Assembly (NCBI RefSeq): GCF_001457595.1
Contig: NZ_LN831039.1
Location: 6,420,001-6,452,000 of the forward strand
Source: Mycolicibacterium smegmatis
GTDB taxonomy: Bacteria > Actinomycetota > Actinomycetes > Mycobacteriales > Mycobacteriaceae
Direction of reading: 5' to 3'
Length of the DNA stretch: 32,000 bases
Positions 8,063-16,779 of the stretch are shown here, in pieces (the first letter of the stretch is position 1; each line of letters begins with the position of its first letter). The translations under genes were made by a program, and so were the position numbers. A model generated the notes under the pieces. That model had not been told where the DNA came from and searched no databases. It worked only from the letters and a program-made list of their open reading frames with translations.

Positions 8063-9148
8063 GTGAGCATCCGATTGCGCGCCGAAATGGCCGACCTTCC
8101 CGCGTACGCACCAGGCAAAACAGTTCCGGGCGCAATCAAGATCGCGAGCAACGAAACCGTCCACGGACCACTTCCCAGTGTCCGCGAGGCGATCCTCAAG
8201 GCCACCGATCTGATCAACCGCTACCCCGACAACGGGTATCTTGACCTGCGGGAACGCCTTGCCAAGCACGTGAATTTCGCGCCCGAGAACATCTCTGTGG
8301 GCTGCGGATCGGTGAGTCTGTGCCAGCAGTTGATACAAATCACATCTTCCGTCGGCGACGAAGTGCTGTTCGCGTGGCGCAGTTTCGAGATCTATCCGCT
8401 GCAGGTCCGCACCGCGGGCGCCACGCCCGTGGCGGTCGCCCTGCGTGATCACACTCACGATCTCGATGCCATGCTCGCGGCCATCACCGACCGCACGCGT
8501 CTGATCTTCGTCTGCAACCCGAACAACCCCACCAGCACCGTCGTCGACCCCGGCGAGCTGGCGCGGTTCGTGGCCGCGGTACCGCCGCACATCCTCGTCG
8601 TACTCGACGAGGCCTACGTCGAGTACATCCGCGACGGCCTGCTGCCCGACAGCCTGGGCCTGGTGCGCGAGCACCGCAATGTCGTGGTGCTGCGGACGTT
8701 CTCGAAGGCCTACGGGCTCGCGGGCCTGCGCGTCGGGTACGCCGTGGCCGACCCGGAGATCGTCACGGCGTTGGGCAAGGTCTACGTGCCGTTCAGCGCG
8801 ACCAGCGTGTCGCAGGCCGCGGCCATCGCGTGCCTGGACGCCGCCGACGAACTGCTGGCCCGCACCGACGCCGTGGTCGCCGAACGCACCCGCGTGAGCG
8901 ACGCACTGCGCGCCGCCGGCTACACGCTGCCGCCGTCGCAGGCGAACTTCGTGTGGTTGCCGTTGGCCGAGCGCACGCTGGACTTCGTCGCCAGGGCCGC
9001 CGACAACCGCATCATCGTCCGGCCGTACGGTGAGGACGGCGTGCGTGTCACCATCGGTGCACCGCACGAGAACGACGCATTCCTGGACTTCGCACAGCGC
9101 TGGATCGCGCCGGGCGGGGCCGGGCCTCGAACAGGAGACAGCGCTTGA
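8063..9148 (+). CDS. hisC2: Histidinol-phosphate/aromatic aminotransferase
   Basis: 361 aa with SNETVHGPLP, RYPDNG, FVCNPNNPTST, VLDEAYVEY and TFSKAYGLAGLRVGY. It is next to tRNA-Ser and upstream of an echA21-like gene, as in mycobacterial genomes. Confidence 0.9.
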   Translation: MSIRLRAEMADLPAYAPGKTVPGAIKIASNETVHGPLPSVREAILKATDLINRYPDNGYLDLRERLAKHVNFAPENISVGCGSVSLCQQLIQITSSVGDEVLFAWRSFEIYPLQVRTAGATPVAVALRDHTHDLDAMLAAITDRTRLIFVCNPNNPTSTVVDPGELARFVAAVPPHILVVLDEAYVEYIRDGLLPDSLGLVREHRNVVVLRTFSKAYGLAGLRVGYAVADPEIVTALGKVYVPFSATSVSQAAAIACLDAADELLARTDAVVAERTRVSDALRAAGYTLPPSQANFVWLPLAERTLDFVARAADNRIIVRPYGEDGVRVTIGAPHENDAFLDFAQRWIAPGGAGPRTGDSA

Positions 9149-9618
9149 CCGACGCACGGGGCACGTTCGAAGCATTCAAGAACCGCGACGGCGAGATCCC
9201 TGACGCCGAACTCGACGCCTTCTGGGCACTGCTACGCCCCGCCGGCATCGACTTCATGCTCGGTGAGTGGAAGGGCGGCGAGTTCTACACCGGCCACAAG
9301 GCCAACGGTTTCATGAAGAAGCTCAACTGGTTCGGCAAGACCTTCGTCTCGGCGTCGGAGGCCAAGCCACTGGTGTGCCTGGACGCCGACGGCAACAAGT
9401 TCTCCAACACCGAGGCCATGGGCGGCGAGGCCAGCCTGTGGCTCGAGGAGTTCCGCGGCGAGGTGACCGCGTCGATGGTCTACGACGGGCGTCCCGTGCA
9501 CGATCACTTCAAGGTCGTCGACGACAACGCCGTCATCGGCATCATGAACGGCAAGGGTGCGCTCGATCTCAGCTCGGGAACGCCGCGGCATCTGTACTTC
9601 TACCTGGAGCGGATCTGA
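9145..9618 (+). CDS. DUF4334/GXWXG domain protein
   Basis: 157 aa with GIDFMLGEWKGGEF, LNWFGKTF, HLYFYLERI. TTG start overlaps the hisC2 stop by 4 nt. Confidence 0.8.
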   Translation: MTDARGTFEAFKNRDGEIPDAELDAFWALLRPAGIDFMLGEWKGGEFYTGHKANGFMKKLNWFGKTFVSASEAKPLVCLDADGNKFSNTEAMGGEASLWLEEFRGEVTASMVYDGRPVHDHFKVVDDNAVIGIMNGKGALDLSSGTPRHLYFYLERI

Positions 9619-9620
9619 CC

Positions 9621-10436
9621 ATGGCTGACACGTACGAGTCGGTGACCGTCGAGGTCAAAGACCATGTCGCACAGGTGACCCTGATCGGGCCCGGCAAGGG
9701 CAACGCGATGGGGCCCGCGTTCTGGGAAGAGATGCCCGACGTGTTCGGCACCCTCGACGACGATCCCGACGTACGCGCCATCGTGCTGACCGGCTCCGGC
9801 AAGAACTTCAGCTACGGCCTGGACCTGCCCGCCATGGGCGCCTCGCTGCCCGCCCTGGACGCGGGCGCGAAGTCACGCTCCGACTTCCACAAGCGCCTGC
9901 AGAAGATGCAGGGCGCCATCACCGCGGTCGCCGACTGCCGCACGCCCACCATCGCATCGGTGCACGGCTGGTGCATCGGCGGCGGCGTGGACCTCATCAG
10001 CGCCGTGGACATCCGTTACGCGAGCGCCGACGCCAAGTTCTCGGTGCGTGAGGTCAAGCTCGCGATCGTCGCCGACGTGGGCAGCCTCGCGCGTCTGCCG
10101 CTGATCCTCAGCGACGGACATCTGCGCGAATTGGCGCTCACCGGCAAGGACATCGACGCCGCACGGGCCGAGAAGATCGGTCTGGTCAACGACGTCTACG
10201 ACGACGCCGAGGCCTCGCTGGCCGCCGCGCACGCCACGGCCGCCGAGATCGCCGCCAACCCGCCGCTGACGGTCGCAGGCGTCAAGGACGTGCTCGACGC
10301 GCAGCGCACCGCGCAGGTGGCCGAGAGCCTGCGGTTCGTCGCGGCCTGGAACTCGGCGTTCCTGCCGTCGAAGGACCTCGCCGAGGCGGTGACGGCGATG
10401 TTCGAAAAGCGCAGGCCCGAGTTCACCGGCGAGTAG
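9621..10436 (+). CDS. echA21: Enoyl-CoA hydratase/isomerase family protein, EchA21-like
   Basis: The true start is likely ATG 9621 (MADTYESVTVEVKDHVAQVTL), not the ORF-track 9267. It has SGKNFSYGLDL, VHGWCIGGGVDLISAVDIRYAS and AIVADVGSLARLP. Confidence 0.85.
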   Translation: MADTYESVTVEVKDHVAQVTLIGPGKGNAMGPAFWEEMPDVFGTLDDDPDVRAIVLTGSGKNFSYGLDLPAMGASLPALDAGAKSRSDFHKRLQKMQGAITAVADCRTPTIASVHGWCIGGGVDLISAVDIRYASADAKFSVREVKLAIVADVGSLARLPLILSDGHLRELALTGKDIDAARAEKIGLVNDVYDDAEASLAAAHATAAEIAANPPLTVAGVKDVLDAQRTAQVAESLRFVAAWNSAFLPSKDLAEAVTAMFEKRRPEFTGE

Positions 10437-10638
10437 CACCCCCTCAGCGAAACCCGCTGGCCCGCAGAGCCTGTCGAAAACGGCCTGCGACGGCCTCCGC
10501 CGGCAAAGCTGCCGACTTTGCCGCGCCGTCGCGTCCCGACGATTTCGGCTCCGCAGGTTTGGTTTTCGGCGATCGCGGCAATTCCCGCATGCGGCAATGG
10601 CGCCACGGATTCGCTGTCGAGCTTTGGGGGTCGGGTCG

Positions 10639-11358
10639 GTGTTCAAGAGCACGCTTTCACGTTTCATTCCCGCGGTGTCCGCGGCGCTGTTGACCGCGGG
10701 CCTGGTCCCCGGTACGGCGGGCACCGCCAACGCCGAACCGCCGATCGAGGGCGCGGCGCCACCGTGCCCGGATGTCGAGGTGGTGTTCGCGCGCGGCACG
10801 TTCGAGCCGCCGGGTGTGGGGTTCGTCGGGCAAGCGTTCGTCGATGCGCTGCGCGGCAGGCTGGGCGACAAGAGCGTGGACGTGTACGCGGTGAATTACC
10901 CTGCGTCGCTTGACTTCCAGCGCGCAGCGGACGGAATCGTCGACGCCAGCCGCAAGGTCGAGCAGACCGCGGCGACGTGCCCGTCGACCAAGACCGTCAT
11001 CGGCGGTTTCTCGCAGGGCGCCGCGGTGGCCGCCTACCTGACGGCCGACTCCGTGCCCGCGAATTTCGTACTGCCCGACGGGATCACGGGGCCCATGCCC
11101 GACGACGTGGCCAAGCACGTCACCGCGGTGACGCTGTTCGGGAAACCCTCCAACGGGTTCATCAACACCGTGCAGTCCACGGCGCCGCCCATCAACATCG
11201 GGCACCTGTACACCGACAAGACCGTCGACCTGTGCATCGAGACGGACCCCGTGTGCTCGCCCACCGGCAGCGACGGGGCCAGCCACAACCTGTACGCGAC
11301 CAACGGCATGGTCCAACAGGCCGCCGACTACGTCGCCGCGCGAGTCCTGCCGCAGTGA
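10639..11358 (+). CDS. Secreted cutinase/Cut-like esterase
   Basis: Signal peptide (FKSTLSRFIPAVSAALLTAGLVPGTAGTANA), VVFARGTFEPPGVG, nucleophile motif GGFSQGAAV and C-terminal SHNLYATNGM. The start could alternatively be 10597. Confidence 0.85.
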   Translation: MFKSTLSRFIPAVSAALLTAGLVPGTAGTANAEPPIEGAAPPCPDVEVVFARGTFEPPGVGFVGQAFVDALRGRLGDKSVDVYAVNYPASLDFQRAADGIVDASRKVEQTAATCPSTKTVIGGFSQGAAVAAYLTADSVPANFVLPDGITGPMPDDVAKHVTAVTLFGKPSNGFINTVQSTAPPINIGHLYTDKTVDLCIETDPVCSPTGSDGASHNLYATNGMVQQAADYVAARVLPQ

Positions 11359-11639
11359 GTGCGGGAGGCACCCCAGAAGCGTGATCTGGCGGGTTTCGGA
11401 TACCGAGTTGAGCTGCGGGTTCTGCAGCCGCAGCGGTGACATGTCCGTGAGGTGAAGGCAGGCAGGTGCCGTTCGGGGCAGGAGGCTAAGCGGGACTGGA
11501 CGCCGGGTTGCCGCATTCGTTTCTCGAAAGGCTCGACATTTTCTGAAAGCTCGCTGTGAATCTTGCGGATATGGTGCGCCGTACACCTCTGGTCATTCGT
11601 CCAAAGGCGAGTTCGGCTGTCGGGAAGGCAGGGACGACG

Positions 11640-11909
11640 ATGAGAACACTGATGGTGGGGTTGGCGACCGCCGCGGGTCTGATGCTGGGTACCGCGGGTG
11701 TTGCTGCGGCCGACGACGTCATCGTCTACGACGGTGCGACGGGAATCCCGTGGAGCTGGCCGACCGAGGGCGCATGCATATCCGACGGTCCGGACATGCA
11801 CCTGGAGAACGTGGGCGAGGACAACCTCTACCAGTACTGGTACTGCCTCCAGCACGACGACGGACTGTGGTACCTGCACAACAGCGACCAGCCGACCCAC
11901 GAGGAGTGA
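11640..11909 (+). CDS. Small secreted protein of unknown function
   Basis: MRTLMVGLATAAGLMLGTAGVAAADDV is a clear signal peptide. The mature part is about 64 aa with two Cys residues and is rich in aromatic residues (NLYQYWYCLQHDDGLWYLHN). Confidence 0.65.
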   Translation: MRTLMVGLATAAGLMLGTAGVAAADDVIVYDGATGIPWSWPTEGACISDGPDMHLENVGEDNLYQYWYCLQHDDGLWYLHNSDQPTHEE

Positions 11910-11982
11910 CCCCGAGCGACCACTTGATCCCGAGGGGCCACAACGCCCGAATTCTCACGGTGGCGAGCGCTGTAGTACCTGA

Positions 11983-12879
11983 TCAGAGATGAGCGCGGTA
12001 GGCGCTGGGTGTGACACCGACGCGTTGCTTGAATGTTGTTGCAAAATGGCTCGGACTGGAAAACCCTACTGTGAAGCTGATTTCGGTCATCGTCAAGGCT
12101 GTGCTCGCCAGCAGAGCCTTCGCGCGTTTGATCCGTTGGTCCAGAACGAACTGATACAGCGTGGTGTGAAACGCCTGAGCAAAAGCCGGCCGAAAGTCCC
12201 GGACGTTCATACCGACGATGTTGGCGGCGGTTCTCAGATCAATGCGTTCGTCAAGACTGTCGTGCAGAAACTCCACGAGTCGTCGCTGTTGACCTTGGTC
12301 GAGCATCTGCACACTCTTGCCGTCCGGAGACGGCGCTTCACCGTAGCGGTCCCGGATGTGCAGACGCAGCCCTTCGGCTATCGAGTCTCGAAGCAGGCGC
12401 GATAGAACATCATCACGCGCCGCCAGATCTGCGATCCTGTCGACCATGTTGTGCAACAAGGGATCCTGACGGTCGGCAACAGGACGCAAGGTCGCGCCTC
12501 CCACCGACGGGGCCGGCAGCGTCAGCTGAGCGAATTCAAACGCGGCGTTGCGCACCAACGCTGCTGACGAGAGCTCGGCGGGGATCACCCACACGTTGCC
12601 GTCTCGGGGTGTCATGCGGCCCGCTGATCCACCCTCGAACTGAAATTCTTTCGAGGACGCCCGCCCTCTGCGCCAGACCAAAATGGTGTGCTGCTTCCGC
12701 GAGAACGACCAGTCGACCGACTCTGCCATTCGCTGAGTGACGAAGCTGAATTCTACACTGAGGACCGTTATGTCGCGGCTGTGAAGGGAAACGCGGGTTT
12801 GGTCGGTGTGCTTGCTTTCGACTGGTTTCTCAGCTGTGGGTGCCTGCCCGTCACTTTCACCGCCCATACCACGCGACAC
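11983..12879 (-). CDS. AraC/XylS family transcriptional regulator
   Basis: C-terminal HTH: IKRAKALLASTALTMTEISFTVGFSSPSHFATTFKQRVGVTPSAYRAHL. The N-terminal sensing region has no recognised ligand class. Confidence 0.9.
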   Translation of the reverse strand: MSRGMGGESDGQAPTAEKPVESKHTDQTRVSLHSRDITVLSVEFSFVTQRMAESVDWSFSRKQHTILVWRRGRASSKEFQFEGGSAGRMTPRDGNVWVIPAELSSAALVRNAAFEFAQLTLPAPSVGGATLRPVADRQDPLLHNMVDRIADLAARDDVLSRLLRDSIAEGLRLHIRDRYGEAPSPDGKSVQMLDQGQQRRLVEFLHDSLDERIDLRTAANIVGMNVRDFRPAFAQAFHTTLYQFVLDQRIKRAKALLASTALTMTEISFTVGFSSPSHFATTFKQRVGVTPSAYRAHL

Positions 12880-13091
12880 TAGCTGAACTGCCGACAGCGA
12901 AACGGTGTCCGCACAGGATCTCGCAATCGCATGTCAGTTTTTCGAAAGCCGGCTGATAACCCGCTGCGTACCGTCTGTGCGCAGATACACGTGGCAACAC
13001 CACCACGCGAAGAGGGAGTGCTGCGGCAGCAACGACCAACTCGACCGGAGTTGTGGAAGCACGCCGAGCATGGCATGTGGAGGGAAAATTG

Positions 13092-14000
13092 GTGCGGAGG
13101 CTCGTAACGGTTCTCATCGGACTCGCAGCGTTGGTGCTGATGTCGGCATGCGGTTCCGGGTCCTCGAGTTCACCCACAGCCGGCGGTTCGGATAAGTCGG
13201 CGAAACCGGGAGCAGTTTCGAATCCGGCCTCGAATGCGCAGTACTGCGCCCAGAATCGCGACCCGAGGTGCCCGAAGGGCAGCTATCACGGCACCCACGT
13301 CCTTCTCACGACCGCCGGTGGTTACTGGGATGCCAGCGGCAACCCGATCGACGGCGGGCCGATGGGCGCTGACGGGTCCACCGGCAATAACCACACCCAG
13401 GAGTACTGCGCGCGCAACGAGGATCCCGGTTGCCCGATGGGCAGCTACGTCGCCCCCGACGCCATCAAGAACCCCGACGGCAGCCCCAGCTACGTTGTCT
13501 GCGAAGGCACCATCTGCACCAACCCCAACCACGGGGCTGCGGATCCTGGCGGCTTCTGGGATGCCAACGGCAACCCGATCGACGGCGGGCCGATGGGCGC
13601 TGACGGGTCCACCGGCAATAACCACACCCAGGAGTACTGCGCGCGCAACGAGGATCCCGGTTGCCCGATGGGCAGCTACGTCGCCCCCGACGCCATCAAG
13701 AACCCCGACGGCAGCCCGAGCTACGTTGTCTGCGAAGGCACCATCTGCACCAACCCCAACCACGGCGCCGCAGACCCAGACGGCGACACCCCAGCGTCGG
13801 ACGAAGTCACGGGAGCCCCCGACGACGATCCTCCTGCTATCACTCCCGCGCCAGATACCGATCCTGGCGAGAATTCTCCGCGCGATGCGCAGACACCAGA
13901 CCAGCCGGCGTTACCCGAACAGCAGCCGGATGATGGTGACGCCTTCGATCCGGGATCGGTAGACGGCCCGGGCGACGAGCCGAATGTAGACGAACCGTGA
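13092..14000 (+). CDS. Repeat-containing Cys-rich lipoprotein of unknown function
   Basis: Start GTG at 13092 (alternatives 13053, 13089) with GGAGGG upstream. N-terminus VRRLVTVLIGLAALVLMSAC has a lipobox. It carries tandem 77-aa modules YCARNEDPGCPMGSY... and an acidic Pro/Asp-rich C-terminus. Confidence 0.75.
   Translation: MRRLVTVLIGLAALVLMSACGSGSSSSPTAGGSDKSAKPGAVSNPASNAQYCAQNRDPRCPKGSYHGTHVLLTTAGGYWDASGNPIDGGPMGADGSTGNNHTQEYCARNEDPGCPMGSYVAPDAIKNPDGSPSYVVCEGTICTNPNHGAADPGGFWDANGNPIDGGPMGADGSTGNNHTQEYCARNEDPGCPMGSYVAPDAIKNPDGSPSYVVCEGTICTNPNHGAADPDGDTPASDEVTGAPDDDPPAITPAPDTDPGENSPRDAQTPDQPALPEQQPDDGDAFDPGSVDGPGDEPNVDEP
13341..13765. repeat. Two near-identical in-frame tandem repeat copies with a 231-bp period
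   Basis: 13341-13534 and 13572-13765 match over about 194 nt. By eye there is a single substitution (agccccagc versus agcccgagc). Confidence 0.9.
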
Positions 14001-14899
14001 CCGGGGGAGTCTATGCGCCCGTGCCTCCCGGCGTCCCGGCGCCGACGCCGACGCCGGTCAAGCCGCGCCGACGGATACTGCGTCGTCTGCTCATCACCAG
14101 CCTGGGCCTCGCAACAGTGCTCGCGGTGGCATTCGTCGCATTCGTGTTCTGGCCGAATCCCACTGTGCCAGCAGACCAACCGAACATGACACAGGTGATG
14201 ACCGGCACCGACAATGACTGGTTGTCGTTCGACGACTTCGTGCCGGGCACGGCGATTGCCGCCGACGGTTCCGACAACGACGAGTACGAGTGCACGCTGG
14301 GGTTCCTCGGACGCGACAGTTCCGGCACGCCGATCGGCTTCACCGCCGGCCACTGCGATCGCCCCGGCGACGATTCGCCACATTTCACCCGCAAGGCTGA
14401 CGAAGACACCCCCGTGGAACTCGGCCGATTCACCACCGTCCAGACCGCCGACACGCCGGACAAAGTCGTGAAGACCGGACCCGACGGGTGGTCGGACTTC
14501 GCGGTGATCGAAATCGACCCGTCGCTGACCGACTCAGCAGAAGACAATGCACGGATCGCGGGGGTGTATCGGGTGACCAAGGTGCTCGATTACGAGTACC
14601 TTCTGAACAACAACGTGACCTTGTGCAAGTTCGGATTTGTCAGCGGCGAAACCTGCGGCAAGGTGATCGGGCACGACAACCTCACCGTGGAAGCCGAACT
14701 GTATTCCGCCTCAGGGGATTCAGGCTCACCTGCATACGTCAAATTCGGCAACGACGAAGTCGCCGCCGTCGGCATCTTGCGAGGGTCACCGGAAGGTGAG
14801 GACAACATCACCGAGTTCTCCCTCCTCGCTCCGATACTCGAAGCGACGAGCTCATCCCTGTTCTGTGACGATCCGACCTGCCGCGGAAACGGATCGTAG
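13997..14899 (+). CDS. Membrane-anchored trypsin/chymotrypsin-fold serine protease
   Basis: 300 aa with a Pro-rich cytoplasmic N-terminus and one TM segment (LLITSLGLATVLAVAFVAFVFW). Triad candidates are IGFTAGHCDRPG (His), GWSDFAVIEI (Asp) and SASGDSGSPAY (Ser). GTG start overlaps the upstream stop by 4 nt. Confidence 0.85.
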   Translation: MTGGVYAPVPPGVPAPTPTPVKPRRRILRRLLITSLGLATVLAVAFVAFVFWPNPTVPADQPNMTQVMTGTDNDWLSFDDFVPGTAIAADGSDNDEYECTLGFLGRDSSGTPIGFTAGHCDRPGDDSPHFTRKADEDTPVELGRFTTVQTADTPDKVVKTGPDGWSDFAVIEIDPSLTDSAEDNARIAGVYRVTKVLDYEYLLNNNVTLCKFGFVSGETCGKVIGHDNLTVEAELYSASGDSGSPAYVKFGNDEVAAVGILRGSPEGEDNITEFSLLAPILEATSSSLFCDDPTCRGNGS

Positions 14900-15098
14900 G
14901 GAACTGCGGGACGAGACGGGTTGGTCTCAGCGGAGTAAGTCCCGTGCCATATGTCTATCCCACCGTGGGATCCGAAGGACCAGTCACGCGGCGACACGCC
15001 GACACAGCGCCGGACTGATCCCCGGGGAGCTGGGTCAAAAAGTGTCACTTTCAGCACCTGCCCGACGCCTGGTTCGACGCCGAAATGCTACTGATCAG

Positions 15099-15185
15099 CG
15101 GTGGCGGAGGGATTTGAACCCCCGGACGGTGTTAGCCGTCTCTCGCTTTCAAGGCGAGTGCATTAGGCCGCTCTGCCACGCCACC
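15099..15185 (-). tRNA. tRNA-Ser(TGA)
   Basis: The reverse complement has acceptor GGTGGCG/CGCCACC, anticodon arm CTCGC-CTTGAAA-GCGAG, a long variable arm and GGTTCAAATCC. Confidence 0.95.
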
Positions 15186-15203
15186 GCCGATAAGAGTACG
15201 GGA

Positions 15204-15680
15204 CTACACCCGGCCGATCTTGGCGGGCGGGGCTCCGTTCTTCAGCGCGGCGCTGATACGCCGGCAGTTCTCGCCCATCGCAGCGATCTGAGGACGCGAC
15301 AGGCGTCCCAGGAAGTGCGTGCGGACGCCCTGGCCGTAGGTCACCATCGCCTCGCGGACCGCGGCGCGGCCCTCGTCGGTGATCTTGGCGACCACGCCAC
15401 GTCCATCCTCCGGACTGGCGCCGCGCACCACGAAGTTCTGTACCTCCAACCGCCGGATCTGCCGGGTGACCCGGCTCGGGAGGGACATCAGCCGGTCGGC
15501 GAGGTCCCCCATCCTGGCCGAACCTGTCGGCGACTTGTCCAAATAGTCCAGCAGACGCACATCGTTCAGCGTCAGATGATGCTGGTCCACAAGCGACCGG
15601 TTCAGCGTCGCGTACAACCTCAGAGCCGAGTCGAGGTAGTTCTGCCACGACCTCTCCTCGGCGATATCCAGACCCGGCAT
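15204..15680 (-). CDS. MarR family transcriptional regulator
   Basis: Domain starts at MPGLDIAEERSWQNYLDSALRLYATLNRSL (ATG 15680; alternative GTG/ATG near 15716). It has LTLNDVRLLDYLDKSPTGSARMGDLADRLMSLPSRVTRQIRRLE. Confidence 0.85.
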   Translation of the reverse strand: MPGLDIAEERSWQNYLDSALRLYATLNRSLVDQHHLTLNDVRLLDYLDKSPTGSARMGDLADRLMSLPSRVTRQIRRLEVQNFVVRGASPEDGRGVVAKITDEGRAAVREAMVTYGQGVRTHFLGRLSRPQIAAMGENCRRISAALKNGAPPAKIGRV

Positions 15681-15783
15681 GTCTCCTGCCGTGCGTCCGG
15701 CAATCATCCCCACCATGCGCGTAATCGTAAGGGACGTAAGTATTGCTGCGCGCGATAACTCGAAGGGTTGTACCGTCGAAAAA

Positions 15784-16761
15784 ATGCATGCAATTGTCGC
15801 CTCCGTGAACGGCGGGCTGAACTGGGAAAACGTAGCCAGTATCGCGCCAGCAAACGGTGAAGTTCTGATCAAGGTCCACACCGCAGGGATCAATCGCGCC
15901 GACTTGCTACAAGCCGCCGGGAAATATCCGCCCCCGCCGGGGGCAAGTGAGGTCATCGGGCTGGAGGTCTCCGGGACCGTCGAGGCGCTCGGCGACGGCG
16001 TGTCCGGGTGGTCCGTCGGGCAGCCCGTGTGCGCTCTGCTGGCGGGCGGCGGCTACGCCGAATACGTCGCCGTGCCCGCTCCGCAGGTTCTCCCCGTCCC
16101 CGACGGAGTGAGCCTGCGTGACGCGGCCGGTCTGCCCGAGGTGGCGTGCACGGTGTGGTCGAACGTCGTGATGACGGCGGGGCTGACGGCGGGCCATCTG
16201 CTTCTGGTGCACGGCGGCGCGAGCGGCATCGGCACACACGCCATCCAGGTGGCCAAGGCGATGGGTGCGCGCGTCGCGGTCACCGCGGGCTCCGAGGAAA
16301 AACTCGGAATCTGCCGCGACCTGGGTGCCGACATCACGATCAACTACCGCGAGGAAGACTTCGTCGAGCGGTTGCGCCGCGAGACCGACGGCGCCGACGT
16401 GATCCTCGACATCATGGGTGCGGCATACCTGGACCGAAATGTCGACGCGCTGGCGACCGGTGGCCGGCTCGTCATCATCGGCATGCAGGGCGGCGTCAAG
16501 GCCGAGCTCAACATCGGCAAGTTGCTGGGCAAGCGCGCCGGCGTCATCGCGACGTCACTGCGGCCGCGGCCGGTCGACGGGCCGGGAGGCAAGGGCGAGA
16601 TCGTGCGGGCCGTGCGCGAGAACGTGTGGCCGATGATCGCCGACGGCCGCGTGAAGCCCATCATCGGTGCCGAGCTGCCCATCGAGAACGCCCAGCAGGG
16701 CCACGATCTGCTGGCCTCCGGGAAGGTGACCGGGAAGGTCCTGCTGCGCGTCTCCGAATGA
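15784..16761 (+). CDS. Zinc-independent quinone oxidoreductase (MDR superfamily), Rv3777-like
   Basis: ATG at 15784, MHAIVASVNGGLNWENV. It contains AGINRADLLQAAGKYPPPPGASEVIGLEVSG, GGASGIGTHAIQVAKAMGARV and PLRPRPVDGPG-like segments. Confidence 0.88.
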   Translation: MHAIVASVNGGLNWENVASIAPANGEVLIKVHTAGINRADLLQAAGKYPPPPGASEVIGLEVSGTVEALGDGVSGWSVGQPVCALLAGGGYAEYVAVPAPQVLPVPDGVSLRDAAGLPEVACTVWSNVVMTAGLTAGHLLLVHGGASGIGTHAIQVAKAMGARVAVTAGSEEKLGICRDLGADITINYREEDFVERLRRETDGADVILDIMGAAYLDRNVDALATGGRLVIIGMQGGVKAELNIGKLLGKRAGVIATSLRPRPVDGPGGKGEIVRAVRENVWPMIADGRVKPIIGAELPIENAQQGHDLLASGKVTGKVLLRVSE

Positions 16762-16779
16762 CACCCCGGGCAGGCGTGA

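Noticed and set aside
13170-13763. 197-aa minus-strand ORF with repeated VGVGADGAFADNV segments
   Set aside because: It lies antisense to the tandem repeat of the lipoprotein gene. Its repetition is inherited from the plus-strand repeat, and it has no RBS or family support.
13341-13765. CRISPR-like array
   Set aside because: Only two long copies, in frame within a coding gene, with no short regular repeats, no spacers and no cas genes.
13234-13962. 242-aa plus-strand ORF overlapping the repeat gene in another frame
   Set aside because: A Thr/Arg/Pro-rich shadow frame. The lipobox, lack of frame breaks and coupling to the protease favour the 13092-14000 frame.
14590-15057. 155-aa minus-strand ORF
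   Set aside because: Largely antisense to the serine protease gene with no recognisable domain. The intergenic part alone does not support a gene.
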